DNA of 64,000 nt from Vicugna vicugna (GCA_013265495.1 MU058844.1:6013260-6077259); one strand, 5' to 3'; shown: positions 42,161 through 56,903, counted from the first letter of the stretch. Notes: a model not told the origin generated them from the sequence alone. A program made the numbers and translations.

Positions 42161-45100
42161 TTAGAAGAAGATGGAACCATATTGCTCTGTCATCCATCTC
42201 TCATAATAGCTCTTCTGTTCCCATGGCAGTAAGGAGGAGAAGACAACTGTTCAGAATGGAGTTCTTTAATGAGCACTTTAGTGATCGCTGTTTCTGCAAT
42301 TGATACTAGTTGATACTGAACTTGGAGCTTATCTGGAAGGAACTCCATTGGGTGAAATCCCTCACTTACTCTGGTGCCGTCAGCTGCAGTCCTCTGTTCT
42401 GCCTTAAGAATTTATCCAATTCTATTAGCTACCTTTTAAAAATTTTTCAAGTTTTGTTCTGTTGATAGCATCCTTTCTGTTCTCCAGGATTATCATGGCC
42501 TCAAATTTTGTTGAACAGAATTTTTCCACTGATTATTCTGCAGCAATAAATTCACTATTATAAAATGTTCAATAAATATATGAGGAGTCGAGTTAATTAG
42601 TAACCCTTTACCCCAGAGGTAAAAGAAAATTTTGAAATGCATAGAAAGAATTTTAATCAAAGTGCTTCAAAATAAATCTTCCAGGCTATCCTCTTGCCTC
42701 TTAAGAGATTTATATGAGGCATACCCTTCTCTAAAAATAACTTACACTCAGGAGAATACCAGAGTTCTCTAATTCTTCTAGGCTCTTTATTTTTTAAAGT
42801 TCTCTGTGAGAACGATGAAGAACTGTTAGGTCACCTAAAACCCTTTGTAACCTGAAATTTTGCATGGGATGCAATGAGTAAAGTATTCTGCCTGCTTCAC
42901 TGTCATAGTAGTATTTCATTGCATCTAAAGAGTTAAATGCTTCCTTTTTTCCCTGTCTTGTGACTATCCATTTCTCTTTGAGATTTTCCACATTCATAGC
43001 AAAAATAAAGTTTATCCTTTTCATTTTACTTTAATATAATAGAGATTCAAATGGTCTGTCAGACTGATTGATCTCCTGATTATTTCTACTAGCTGCCTTT
43101 CAACTTGCTATGCTCATTCAAAAATTTGAATCTGTTTTTCATCCATTTCAATGTTAATATGCACTCCTGTAGCTCCTACTTTGAAGTCAATGGGAAAACC
43201 TTTGTGTGGAAGAGATGGCTTTGGGGCATAAAATATTTCAATTCCTTTCTCAACTGAACATAAAAAATTGGGCATAACCCAGAAATTTGTGATACAGTCT
43301 GCCCCTTCTCCTCTTTTATGAGGGGAAAAAAAACTTCAAATATAATTTTTAGCATTTTTAGTCAATGCTCTGAATATGGTGTTGACATCTTGGTGTTATA
43401 TTTCAAAATAAAAAATTAGCATTATTTTGCTACAGAAAGTGCTAATTTGAAACCATTATCTAGCTCCTAGCTAGAATTAAGAGTTTACTTTTTTCCCTCA
43501 TTTCCTCCCTCAATTATCATCATTAGTGTTTTGGTTAAGTACTTAGACATATTTCAACAGGAAACATTAATAAGAGAAAGTAGACACTATTTTGTTCTGC
43601 CGTGGGTCTAATTCACTGCAATTATCAGAAATACTAAGCTATCATCACAGCAAGTTTAAGCTTAATTTACTCAATGACTAAGAGAAATGCATGTAATAAT
43701 CATATCACTAAAATAAAAATTAGAAATAAATGATAGAGAAGATATAAATGTAATTTATATATAATACAGATGTTAATTACCACTTACACATAAGCTATGG
43801 AGCATGATTCTTTTGAGGTTGATTTGGAATAAAAATCACTATTATATCTATCATTAATATTTAGTATATTATTTTCATACTGGCTCAGAACACTCCCTTT
43901 GCAAAGAGGCATTAACTGAGAAAGAAAAATCTAGAATATTTAAAGCCAAAAAGAATCCTAACTGAAAAGAAAATCTGCACTTTTGGCTAAGTGCTAACTC
44001 TCCTTCAAGCATTTTTAGTATGCCAAGCACACCATCTGTGCACAATTACTTGTTATTTTATAATGTCAACATCTGCTTATAAGAAAATATATGCTTGCAT
44101 ATGTTAAAAACTTGCTTTCCTTGCAAGAATGTGGAAGTTCTTTATGTCAATCCATATATAATTCATTCTTCTTGTTCTCTCTTGAACAATACCAGTTAAA
44201 ATACTAGACTATCAGAAAAGCAAAGACGCCGACAAATCTATGTAAGGCACATGGAGCAAGGATATAAGGAATTAAACTGAGGTGATCTTTATGCATTTCA
44301 TTGTATCTAGATATAAATTTTATGTAAGTGGTCTGGAAATGTTAGAGATATTTGAATACAAAATTTTGTTAACAATTCGGATATACCCATAGTTCAATCA
44401 AATTAATTATCTGAATGGTAGAGACCAACACACATAATAATTTCTACACTGAACAACCTTTACTTCTCTTTTTCCATCAAGAAAATGCTGAATCTCAAAA
44501 GACACTGAATTAAATGTCTCAACTAAGAATAATTTCCCAACTTCACCTGCCTGTATTAATCCTGCTTCTACAACACACACACTGTGTAGTTACATTTTTG
44601 TTCATTTTATTTGAAATTATTTTGTATTTTTGGCAATATTATAAATGCACATAGTTAACATATCAAATAAAACTAAAAGACTTTTCATGAAAACTAAGAA
44701 GACACTCTTCAATTCCCACTCAACCTAGATCTTCTTTCCCAAGACAAATTTTCAAATGTTTCATTTTTACAAGCATTTTAAAATAATATTTTTTAAAAAA
44801 AGTAATGCTCTTAAAGTTTTATTTCTTAACGTATCAAATTTTAATATCATCTATTAACTTTCTGTTATAGAATGGTTTAGCCTTCTTATTTCAACACCTT
44901 TCCCCAGCATCCAATAGCCCAATGTAATTATATCATAAACATGCATTAGGTCAAATAAGTCATTATTTTATTGTGATATATAAATCTGCCTTATCAATCC
45001 AAGCATCGTATTCCATTTATTTTTTATCTTCTTATAAAATAGTAGGGTTTTTTTCCTGGCATTAATAATTGCATTTTTCATTTGTTTAGTTTTCTGTATA

Positions 45101-48100
45101 TCTACTGCTTTTCTTCTTTTCTAAGTACAGCCACAGATCTGTCAAGATATGGGGGTAATTTTCTCCACTATAGATATCCCATATATAGACAATATAAATT
45201 GCACTTAAATTTTTTTCATGCTGTTCTTACTGATGGATTTCCTGCTGTGATTGATACTCAGCTATTATCTTGGAGCTTTTCTGCTCTCCTGCAGCAATGG
45301 AACAATGGGACTGGAGGAATCACATATCTTTCAGAAGCATCATATTATTTTTTCTTGAGTTACTCCATGTTTTGTTGAAGATCATCTTTCAATGGCTTCC
45401 TAGTTGCTTAAGAATTTAAAATTGAGAGTTCTCTTTCACGTCAGGAAAAAATGTCGCAGAATTGGAAATGGACAAGACAATTACTGAGTGTCCTTTCAGT
45501 GGAATTCTGGACATTGTCTAGCAAACCCTTCAGGGATTGCCTGATCTATCAAAGTGTACAAGTCAGGATGTAAAAAGCTGATAATCATTCAGATCATTTT
45601 TTTCCTCAATAATCCAAATGAGTTTTGTCTGATATATGGAGATATAATTGATTTTGCCTTCAGGAAAAAATAATCTCAAACATTACCCCATATTGCTCTA
45701 TAGGTATTAACAATTTTCATAGCTGCCAATTAATTTTAGCATTCCTATTAAGTACATACTCAAATTGTCAATTGGTTTTAACATCAATTAATGGGTGAAA
45801 TAAAATCATTGGTTTATTTTGTATATTCAGAAAAGTTCTATTTTTATCTTTACAAAAATGTAACATATATTTATAAGTGTCTTTGTTATAGTCTTCTACT
45901 AATTTGATAGCTAGACTGGTCAGAGAAGTTTAGGTTGCAAATCATTTTCTTTTAGTAGTTTGGAGGCATCATTTCCCAGATCTAACAGATCAGAAACCTT
46001 ACATCTTTCCCATTCGCTCACCTTTGTATATCACCTTTTTTATTCACTTTTTCTCTCTGGAGTTTTAGAGTCTTCTCTTTTTCCCCAGGATAAAATTTCA
46101 GAATCTACTGAGTACTCAGTAGTTCCTTTTAGCCTGGAAATTCAGGTTTTTATGGACAATGTTTCTTTGTTTCTTTGCTGCAGCATAGAGTAGCAGTTAC
46201 AAGTGTAAGCATTCACATTAGGTTGTTATTTATTTTTTTATTTCTGTGAGTATATTCTTAGCTTACAAAAATGATTTAACTTGATTTTCCCCATTCATGG
46301 CATAGTCCTTTTTATGATAGGAATAACTATCTACAATTATGACTAGGATGATATTGGGGGAAAAAAAGAACAAATATACTCAGTGTCTAGAGAGTTCCTC
46401 ATTTCCAGGACATGTGAAAATGATCATTTTGACTAGAGTGTCTGGGAAGGGAAGTGGTAAGAAACAGGGATGAAGAGATTAGATGTGGCCCGAATTTAAT
46501 GAGTTACCTTCCCTCTTATGTCACTGTTTCCTGTGGTTTCTGATTTGACTTATCCTCTATCATGTTTTGTTTCTTTAAACGTCTCGTCTTCTGTTTTTCC
46601 TTTATATGAAATATTTATTCTTCTAACTCAGATTTACTCCTGGCATACTTATTCTACTTTCCAAAAAATGTTTTCTACTTGGCATTAAGCCATCTTATAC
46701 ACGCTGTAAATATAGTAAGAACTTTTATTCTCATGTTTTTCAGCTGTCCTCTTGCTTATCTCCAGACAAGTCAGAAACTAAAGTGTACCAGATAGGAGAG
46801 GAAGGCTGGAAACTTAAACTAAGGAGAAACAAAAGAGGTACCTTGTCTTCCTTCTCCTGTTTCTGTTAGCAGAAGCTCCTTTTAGGTGAGAGAGAAGTTT
46901 TAAGTTCACAGTTTTCATTGTCACAAGAGACTGGGTACTCTTAATTACTGAACTGAGGTTATGTTAATGAGTTAAAGTAACAGTTGGGCTTTTTGTTATT
47001 TAAGATTAAAGTGAATATTATGGAAATGTCATACTTTTTATTCAGGACAAGGGAATATAGCTCCCTGATTCGTAGATTCAAAGGGACTGTGAGATCTAAA
47101 AACAAAATGTTTTTTATAATTCACCCATGGGTACTATGAGTTCATTGTGTGTGTGTGTGTGTCTGTCTGTATATTATATTACAGCTATATACATTAGTTT
47201 TACTTCACAGTAATAGATTTTTCCATAGTATTAATTCACAAGCTGTACTATTACATTATAGAAAGGCAAGCTACAAATATGGAATTAGCAAATCTCCTTT
47301 AATTTAAAATAATGTTTCAAAATACTGTACCTTTTGCTTCAGACTGAATGGTAACTCATCGTACTACTGTTGTTTGAAGCTTCATTGTGTTAGATCATCA
47401 GATGTAGGTATTCATTTAAAAGCTTTGTGTCAGTTTTCTTCACAAACTCTTACCCAATTGGTGAAAGAGGCCAATGGAAGAAAAAAAATATTTGAAGGAT
47501 GTTGGATTAAATTGAACTTTTGTAGGAGGATCTGAAATTTCAACTAAACTATTACAAATAAATCTGGAGAGGTGTAAAAGAAGGAGCAGTAAGTCCTGGT
47601 CAGACACTCAGATCTGTTAGTTCTGTTACTAGAGATGAAGTTAGCAATTAGGCCCCTGTGGGCACCTCTTTCGTGTGGCCTGCTATTGTCTATGGCAACA
47701 TAACCTAATAAACTCCTTTTCTATTCTCAAAAAAAAGAGGAAAAGGAAAGAAATTAATGTGAGAGAGGAAATACATGACAACTCCTCCTCCCGAAAAAAA
47801 AAAAATTGAGAGGAAGGTGTTTGTCAGTAGCAACTGTGTTACTATATAAAGTCTTTCAGTTCAAAGATTTATTTTGAAGCACTTTTTTTCCCCAACACTA
47901 CAGTGCTTTGCTCCATTTCATAATTTCCCTAAAATTATACAGCTGTCACAAAGTCATGGTCTGTGAACTGTAGTAATATGTGTTGAGTACATTGTTATCT
48001 TCTTGCCATCAGCAATCATATGATGGTTGATATTTTTTTCCATAAGTAACACTAACTTATTTAAGACTTTAAAAAATTCCTAGGGCTGTCTGAGAAGACT

Positions 48101-48169
48101 CATGTGATACTAATATCCCAGTGCCTAAGGATTTGATGTTTTTGTGATCCATCTTAAAGTCTTAAGTAC

Positions 48170-48265
48170 TATACATACGTAAACACACACACACACACGT
48201 GTATATGGATATATACATATACATTATATATATATATATACACACACACATATATGTATATATAT
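48170..48265. repeat. Compound (CA)n/(TA)n microsatellite
   Basis: acacacacacacacacgtgtatatgg...tatatatatatatacacacacacatatatgtatatata. Confidence 0.9.
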
Positions 48266-49383
48266 AATAACCTCTAAATGTTTAGCTGCAGCTAAAAACT
48301 CTCTTAAGTTATAATGTATGTCTAATCTAACTACATACTAGATATTTGGGCTTGGATTTTCTACTTAATTCTGAAACTTAGCTTACTCCAAACTGAACAC
48401 CTCATCATTTCTGACTATTCCTTACCTTTATAATTCCTTCATCTAGCAAGTTACAGATGTCCCACAAACCTTCAGTTACTTTACGTGCCTCAGTCTTGTT
48501 CATCACTGACATCCAATGAGATTCCCTGTGTATTTCTTATATCCCTCTCTTCTTCATTGCAATATCACTGTTCTTATAGATTACTGAAATAGCCTCCTAA
48601 TAGTTTTTCCTGCTTCCATTCTTCTCATGCCGTGTGGGTCAGATCAGGCCACCAAAGGTTGTATAATATTTAAGGCTGGTGAAAAGAACTTGGATAGGTT
48701 TAGGTTACACTGACCAATAAGAGCTAAGATACAACCGAATAGATGCTACTCCCAGTGTCTATCTAGCTTCCTATTAAAGCAGGAACAAATTTTCGTGGCC
48801 AATGCATGAAGAGAAATGATGCTAGGTTAAAAGTTAAGATTAGTAGTTGGACTGGATAATGAAAGTATAAGCTAACAGGCAAAACTGAGTCTAATTACAG
48901 CAAGTGTGAGGTGTGATTCAAGATTGTACTTTGTTACATGAGGCACTATAACAAAGGTGACCAAATACCTCTACAAAGTATTAGGTCAAAAGAAATGCAT
49001 GAAAAGAGCAAGAGATGGGAGGAAAAAATATACTGATAATGACTTTATAAGACATAATAAATAATTTTCAAAATTATTATTAAATTCAGCTTAATAGCTG
49101 AAATAATAGTACATACATACATTTTAATATGATCTCTCTTCCTTTTGTCCTTAAATGCTACTTTCAAATCTTCTTTATCGTAAAAGATGTAAATGGTTAT
49201 TCTATAATGTTTATTATTCCATTTAATTCTTATAACAATTCTATAAGAAATGTGTTATTTGCATTTCAGAGGTTATAAAACTGAGGCTCAAGATCACACA
49301 AACTCTAAGGAACAGATGAACTTGGGTTTTGAATCATAGTTCCACATGTGAACTTCATCGAGTCACTTAAGTATTACATAGAC

Positions 49384-49597
49384 CAGTGATTCTCAGGCAC
49401 AGCGATTTTGCCCTCCAGGGAGCATTTGGCAATGTCTGAAGATACCTTCTGTTGTCACCGCTGGGAGAAGGGGAGTTTGCCACTGACATCTTAGTGGGTA
49501 GAGGCCAGAGATGTTGCTAAATACCTTACAAGGCACAAGACAGCCCTTCACCACAAAGAATTATAATGTCATTAGCGCGGAGGTTGAGGAATCACAG
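49384..49597. mobile_element. MER20 hAT-Charlie element
   Basis: gattttgccctccagggagcatttggcaatgtctgaaga...gtagaggccagagatgttgctaaatacctta. Confidence 0.85.
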
Positions 49598-50772
49598 AAT
49601 AGTTGTAATGTCCGGTTACTACAACAACATGGAGTAACAAAGAATGACATAGGCCTTTTAACTTGAGGGATGTATAGAAAGAAGTAGAAAAAGAAGATGC
49701 ATTACTGAGTCAGTAAGAACAAGATACAGACGAAGTACAGTAGAAGTTTACCTATGCCTGCCTATGATCAAAGTTTTGCTACACAAATGAATAGAACACA
49801 CAGAGTCATATAAAAAAAGTCTGCCTTTTCAAGGTTGCAAATGTGATATCAATCATTTTAGAAAGAATGTTTACAATAAAATGTAACCTGGGCTGGAATT
49901 TGGCTTTGTGAAGGATGTGTACCATATTTCCTCAATTCATAGACTCTATTCATTGTAAGACATCCATTTTCTGGAAGCTCAGTGAGAACAAAGCATTATC
50001 TTCAATACAAACATTTAAAAAGACAAGTATAGCAGAGCATTTGTTTCCATACAACTACAGGTCCTTTTAATCTTTCATGTCGTAAATTTAAATGTCTTCC
50101 TTATTTAGTCTAAGTGGTTTTTGGAGTCACTGCTCCGATTACACACATCAGGTGATCCCTGCTTGGACAGTACATGCTCATGATCTTGAAAATATCTGCA
50201 GCTTGAAGAACCAACTGTAATCTTACAGTATGTCCAAAAATTCTAGGCCTTTAAGTGTATTTCCTCTTTGGTAAACTCCATCCCACCCTTTTTTTTTTAA
50301 TCCTGGAAATCAAACAGTTTCTCTTAAAAATTCATTTGGAGGCTTTTGACAGATACCTACCTATCCAATGCTTGAATGATTGCTTTTTATCACACAGCGA
50401 TGAGTCTTCAATCTTTACAAGCTTTGTAAAGTCTCTGATGGTCTGAAGAGGCTTAGTTATTTCTACTTCCTAAACTGATTTGCTGGGCTTGTGACAGAAT
50501 CATTGGTATACCCAATAATTTTTGTTTTAAGCATGCACAATAATATAGTCTTTGGAATAAGTTTTTAGGGACAATCAGGGATTCAAAAATAATTTAAATT
50601 AACTTTTGCTGCCTTTGCACATAATTCTGCTGAGGACAATTAGATGAATATATGTCTTCAGTACTGTTGTCTTTCTCTAATTCATCTGTGCACTCTCTCT
50701 CTCTCTCTCACACACAAACACACACATACACCAGTGGCTATGATAAGAACCAGAAAATCACTATCGACTTAC

Positions 50773-51153
50773 TTTTTTTTAAAACTTGATAAATTTGACG
50801 TTATATTTTAAAAATTTAAGGTGTATATCATGTTACTCTGACATTTATATATTGTAATATGTCTGCCATTGAAGCAATATTTATCACATTACATTGTCAT
50901 AGTACAATACTACTGCTTGTATTCATTACACTGTGCATTTCCATGGCTGATATACTACTTGTTACAAGTCTGTACCCTTAAACACCATCACTCTTATCCC
51001 CTCTGTCCCCCACCCCCAGGTAACCTCCATCTTACTCTCAGTTTTCTTGAAGGTATAATTTTCTTAGATTCCACACATAAGTGATATCACACAGAACTTG
51101 TCTTTCTCTGCCTGACTTATCTCGCTTAGCATAGTGTGCTCAAGGACCATCCA
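50773..51153 (-). mobile_element. L1 3' UTR fragment (older subfamily)
   Basis: T-rich tail followed by ...ttagattccacacataagtgatatcacacag...tgacttatctcgcttagcatagtg...ccatcca. Confidence 0.8.
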
Positions 51154-51473
51154 GTGGATCAGATGGTCATTGTACTCATTATGGACCAGAGTCATTGTAC
51201 TCTGATTCCAATTTCAAAAATCTTTTTAATTTTTAAAAATTTTAGTGGATCTAGAAATTGAACAAATAAGTTTCCTTGTATTTTCATTAAATTAAAATAA
51301 TTTCAACAGCAAATTTTTATTAATTAAAATAATTTCTTACATAATCTTAGAAATAAACTGTGTGGCTTAAATCAGAGATATAAATAGCATTCAGCATTAA
51401 TTTATTTATCTTATTCCAAAATGACATGTATCTCTACTGCACGAGAAGCCCACATCATTTAAAAAATAAAATA

Positions 51474-51623
51474 GGGAGTGAGGGTATAGCTCAGTAGTAG
51501 AGTACAAGCTTAGCATGCAGGAGATCCTGGGTTCCAGCCTCAGTACTTCCATTAAAGTAAATAAATAAACTTAATTACTGCCCCCCAATAAATAAATGAA
51601 TAATAAATTTAAAAATTTTAAAA
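51474..51623 (+). mobile_element. tRNA-Ala-derived SINE, camelid vic-1 type
   Basis: gagggtatagctcagtagtagag (A box), cttagcat (AGC anticodon relic), gggttccagcc (decayed B box), then aaataaacttaattactgcccccc and an A-rich tail. Confidence 0.85.
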
Positions 51624-52329
51624 TAACAAAATAAGCCATCAGAAGTTATACAATCTTGTTTCAAGTGATGTAATCAATATAACTAATGCATCTACCACTA
51701 CATCTAGATAAAAATTAAAACCTATTAAACTAATTCTGGCTGAAACAATTTTCCCTGGGAAAATTAAACTAGTCTTAGAACCATGTTAACATATAGACAC
51801 AAGACTTGCACATTTCCAAAATGTTCTCTCTGCTGTTTTTCATAATACTGTTAGAAGTAATTTGATATTTTTTTCCTATTTTTCTTGAGTCTTTTATTGC
51901 TGAACCTCAAGATTGAGTTTCTTGTTGCCATTAGTAACACTGACAGTTACTATAGTATCAACCTGATAATAACCTATTTTCAAGGAATATGGTAGATGGA
52001 AGAGACACTAATTATTTAAAGTTATTTAAATTATATGGTTTATAAGGTTACTAACGGTTATGCCTTTGGTATATGTGTTAGTGACATATTTAGCATATGG
52101 AAAGAGATATAAAACTATTAGGTGAATCATAAAATCTACACATACATGCTTTGAAGATAAATGTATACACACCTAAGAATATGTAAATAATTGAGTGATT
52201 TTTAGTGTTATATATATATATAAAGATCAATAACTATTGATCTTGTGGAAACAGCCTCTAATTTTAGGCCTGGTGAAAATTAGATTCATATAAATATCTC
52301 AAAATGAAAAGTGTCTGCCTTGTCTGTTT

Positions 52330-52800
52330 TATAAGAGTGAAAGGAGAAGCCATTAAGAGATGGGTGAGGTCACAGTCTGTGTGATGCTGTAAGGAGTTTA
52401 ACATTTTATTCTAATTGGGACAGAAACCACTGCAGTATTTAAAGCAAGACTGGAGGTGGGGGGGAGATATGATATACGATATGTGATCATGTTTTGGGGA
52501 TATGGCCAATGTACGTAATTTTAGAGTAATTCTAGTGGCTGAGTGGTGAGAGTAGAAACAAAGAGATCAGTTGTGAAGCTATTGTATTAGCCAAGATGAG
52601 AAATGATAATGTTTGGTAAACAGTAGAAATCATAAGAGGTTACAACTGGCATACTTGATGATGTACTGAATTAGAGGTGTTAAGATAGGGACAAAGGAAT
52701 GACTTCCAGGAGTGGGTCTGAGCATGCTGTTGAATTGAGTGGAAAAATATTGGGCAGGAGGTTTTGGAGAGAACATTCACTTTGAGAAGTCTAGAGTTAG
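52330..52800 (-). mobile_element. Degenerate L2 fragment
   Basis: tgtaaggagtttaacattttattctaattgggacagaaaccactgcagtatttaaagca...gagatcagttgtgaagctattg. Confidence 0.5.
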
Positions 52801-54099
52801 TCCAGTGCTGACTAGGAGGCTATTTTAGTATTCTGGACTACATGTGTTGAAGGCTAAATTCAGGACTCAGATTGGTGTCAAAATTCTGAAAGACACACAA
52901 TCAAAGGAAGAAAAAACAATATTTTTATGTTGGTTGAATTCCTGGCTAAGGAGATCCCATTTTTATAATCTATAAAAGTAGGCTGGTTAACAACCTCCCT
53001 GGATGGTTACAGCCTTGAGGGGAGGCACTGTGAGTTTTTCATTTTTGCAACTTTTGTGTCTAGTAGAGACTATATGAAATAGTAAGTTTCAATAGCTAAT
53101 GTTGAATAATTTAAATGAGCACAAGGGTATAAATCTATGTTCTGTTATAATTACCAAAAGGAGAGCTTTCTTTGCATACTTTTCATATAAATTCATGTGC
53201 CATTCAGTGCAGCTGAAATGCTTTCTTCTGATAACCTTTTAAATTTTACTGCATTAAAATTTACTTAATCTGGATTTGTAAAGATAAAAGGCTTGCAATC
53301 TGCAAATAGAAGATCAGAATATTCATAGTCAAAGGACAGAAGCATCATAGCTGACATTCAAATTTTGCTTCCTCCTTGCTACTGTCTACTAAGAATGACT
53401 GACCCTATAAACTTGGAAGTGCAATGATTATGTGACCATTTCCCTTTCCTGATCTTTAGGAGACAGAGTGCACAGAAAATTCACATGATTCATAGCTATA
53501 TAAATAATAGTAAAACACTGTTTTCTGCTGAAACACAATGTCTAATTAATTTAACAATAAAAAGAATGTCAAAATATATCAAGGCAAATCTACTCCTAAA
53601 AGAGAAAAGCTTAAAAATTAGAGTACATATTAAGAACAAGGAAGTTCACTTGAGGTTGTTGCTTCTTTTGGGGCCGAAACAATGTGCCAGAAAAATTCTT
53701 TTTACTTTGCCAGTTAGTACATTGTTTTGATTTATAAATGAAATCTGAGAAGGAAACCTCAAGTCAAGTTTGATTTTCCCAGAATAATCAGATACCATTC
53801 ATTGTCTGAAAATTAATACCCATGTAAAACATCCACAAAACTGAAGTAACTGTTAAGTTCATGGCAGACAAATGCAGTAGGTTATCAAAATAGGACCTGT
53901 AAGTCCCTAGGAACCCCTGGGAAAAGAGAAACTTGGAACAAATAGGTATTTCTTATCTCAAGATTTATGTAACAGAGGCAAGCATTTTGGTTTTTTTTTT
54001 TAAAGATACATAACACCAAGCTGAATATTGCCATTCTGAACTCATGAAATCACATTGCAACTGGATTCGTTTTGTCATTCTGACGGGGTAACATCTCAC

Positions 54100-54280
54100 A
54101 TTTATTATTTAGTATGTGCCAGGCAGCCCTCCATGTTGTTGCATTTAATCCACAAACATTTAATTGATGAATCTTACCCCCATTTCACAGATAGAAAATG
54201 AAACCAGAGAAGTTAAGTGTTCTGCACACGGTCATAGTGAGGTAAGGACAAAGTTCCTATGCAGGTCTGTCTGACTGAGA
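54100..54280 (-). mobile_element. MIR SINE
   Basis: tatgtgccaggca...ccccatttcacagatagaaaatgaaaccagagaagttaagtg...ggtcatag. Confidence 0.65.
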
Positions 54281-54619
54281 AAAAAAGCTCTTTTCTTTAC
54301 CTGATGGTATCTTAAACTATTTAAACTTTGACTGGTGGCTTATCAGGGCATCTGCAGCAGCTGTTCTAGAATTCATCTCTTCTCAGGTCCTCTGCATCCC
54401 CCTTCACCTCAATCTAGGCAGAGGAGCAAGGCTCAGTCACTCCGAGCTCAGACCAAGATCAAATCTCCTCTACTTCCCTCCACTTCACCTCAAGCATTCT
54501 CTACTGCTCAATTTTCTTACATCCAATTTGTCTGCCACTCACCTGTGAGGGCAGTCCCTGAAGTCAGCAATGACTTCTCTGTCCCTAAGACTAAGATTGT
54601 TTATCAGTTTTCATGTTCT

Positions 54620-55090
54620 CCTTTCATTTGAGTCCTTCCAGAAGAAGATCCTGAGGCAGCTTTGAGTTTGAGAGCACTATTGTTCTTAAATGATTCCAGG
54701 AAATATTACCAGCGCAATGATGGAGACAGTCAATAAATCTTTGCTGTCAGGTAACTTTCCCCTGAGAATAACTTAAAGTCAAGCATGCAGGGAAACTGGC
54801 ATAGCCAGTGTGGCATAACTTGAAGTCAAGCTCATACCTCAGAGTTACCCTGCTCACGGCCTCAGGGAGTTGGAGCACTTATATGCTAAGTCACATCAAC
54901 TGGTTGAGGGCTTGGGAGGAAATTTCTCTGACACTATTGGCCTGTGGTGTGAGCCAAGACAGCAGGTTCTGGTGATCAAAGAAAGCTCTCAGGCGAAATA
55001 ATGCAGGTGCTGGCAGTGGGAATTTGAGCCGCCATGCACCAATCTGGTTAGTGTGAGTGGATACAGGACGATGCTGACAGTGTATGTTGC
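54620..55090 (-). mobile_element. ERVL LTR (LTR33/LTR16-like)
   Basis: aagaaagctctcaggcgaaataatgcaggtgctggcagtgggaa...gatgctgacagtgtatgttgca matches the remembered antisense start of LTR33/LTR16. Confidence 0.6.
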
Positions 55091-55829
55091 ATGTTACTTA
55101 AAAGTATTTACAGTGTTTGCAATTGATGATTATTTTCTTTTTATAAAAATCCTGTTTCCCCTTCTACTCCTCTACACACTCCTTTGTTTTCATATCTACA
55201 TTCTTTTCCTATTGCCACCACTTAAATATAGACATTTTCCAAGCATCTGTCCATGATTCTTCTCATTTCAACCCGTAACAGTGGTAGCCTCCTGGTTTCT
55301 CTATCAGTGCAGATGATCCCAAAATCTATAACTCAATTCTAACCCTGTTTTCCTGTCCCAAGAAGCAATCCTCCAGTTTAAACCATCATGTAGGACGCTC
55401 CCTCTTCATTTAGCACTTCAGGATATCCAACATTGACCTTATGCTCTCCCTTAGAAAAACTTCGTATTTGAAAAACTACTTATATATTCTTTCAAGTTGA
55501 GTTGTCAGAAAATTCCTCATCATCTTTAACACATCGATTTTCTATCCCCAACATTCAATCAATTACCCTATCCTGTGAATTCTCTCCCCACAATATCTCT
55601 TCTCTGCTTCTTCCTCTGTAATTTCGACTCAGGGATTCAGACATAGGGATTTCATTATCCTTGACTTGGTCTACTTCAATAACCTCCAGAATGCCTTTTT
55701 CTAAAAGAATTTCCCATGTCAGCTGTTGTTAAATTGATTTTTGTAAAGCACAGTTCTGACCATGTCCTTTTCCCCTCAGAAGTCCTAGAAGACTCCCTAT
55801 TGCTTACAGAATATTGCTGTTACAGAGAA

Positions 55830-56030
55830 CATTAGCTCTAGGTCAGTCTAAATTTCTGCCTCACTGCTTACCAACTGTGTGTCATTGATCAAACTATTAC
55901 ACTTTGTGAGCTTCAGTTTCTTATCTATAAATGGAGCATAATGATACCGTGTTAACAGTGGTGTTACCTGTATGACCAGTCTGTAAACCAACCAGCACTG
56001 TGTCAGGCTTGCTATAGGCACTCAGTAAAC
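55830..56030 (+). mobile_element. MIR SINE (L2-like sequence lies just upstream, ~55100-55810)
   Basis: ctgcttaccaactgtgtgtcattgatcaaactattacactttgtgagcttcagtttcttatctataaatgg. Confidence 0.7.
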
Positions 56031-56903
56031 TTTAGATTAGCTTACTGGCAATGTAACAGTTCACTTAGATCACGTTCCCTCTTTTTCCAAGATTCATTAG
56101 CCCGGCATTAAAAGTCCTTCAGAATTTATAAATGGAATATAAAAATTACTGCACAAATTAAAAGCAAACAGATTCAAGAAATATATAGATGATTGCTTAT
56201 TTGTCTAATTATGGGAAAGAGCCTACTAGACGTAAAAGCAAATGGAGAAGCAACAGCAACAAACTGATGGTTTGGAGTACACCATTTTTAAAGGAGAACT
56301 GTATATTAAAAATGCCAAAAATGAAGTGAATGATTTGAAAAAAAAATATATATGTTACACATAGTAGGCAAAAGTTAATGGCCTTCCAGTACAAAAGGTC
56401 CTTACAAATTAATAAGAAAATACAAACACCACAATAGTAAAATTTACAAAGAACATAAACTGGTAACTCAATGTGAGATAATATATGATCAATAGATACT
56501 AAAAACGTGTAGCCTCAGAAATAACTGAAGTAATAAAAATTAAAATGCCACACTAGCCAGGCATTATTTAAATTATTCTACTCAGCTTTAATCATTCTTC
56601 CTGTACCCTCCACTCATGTTCCTAATTCAGTCTCTGAATCTGCATAGAAAAGAAAAATCCTTATATCAAGTATGTCCTTTCAGCTAATTCAAGAAATGTA
56701 TTATTTTATCCGTTTAGACTCTCTGCCTACTAATGGTCACTTCCTTCAATGACTACTTACATTACTTCGTTAGAAGCCCGTTTACCATTTCAGCATCCAG
56801 AAATGATGCAAACTGCCAGAAAATATTTGACTATAGTACTCAGATTTGAAAATAAACACTCTTGGTATAATGTGAGCAGAATAGGTCAGACATATATTTA
56901 AAT

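Noticed and set aside
51478..51550. Functional tRNA-Ala gene
   Set aside because: The B box and stems are degenerate, and a SINE-specific body and A-rich tail follow.
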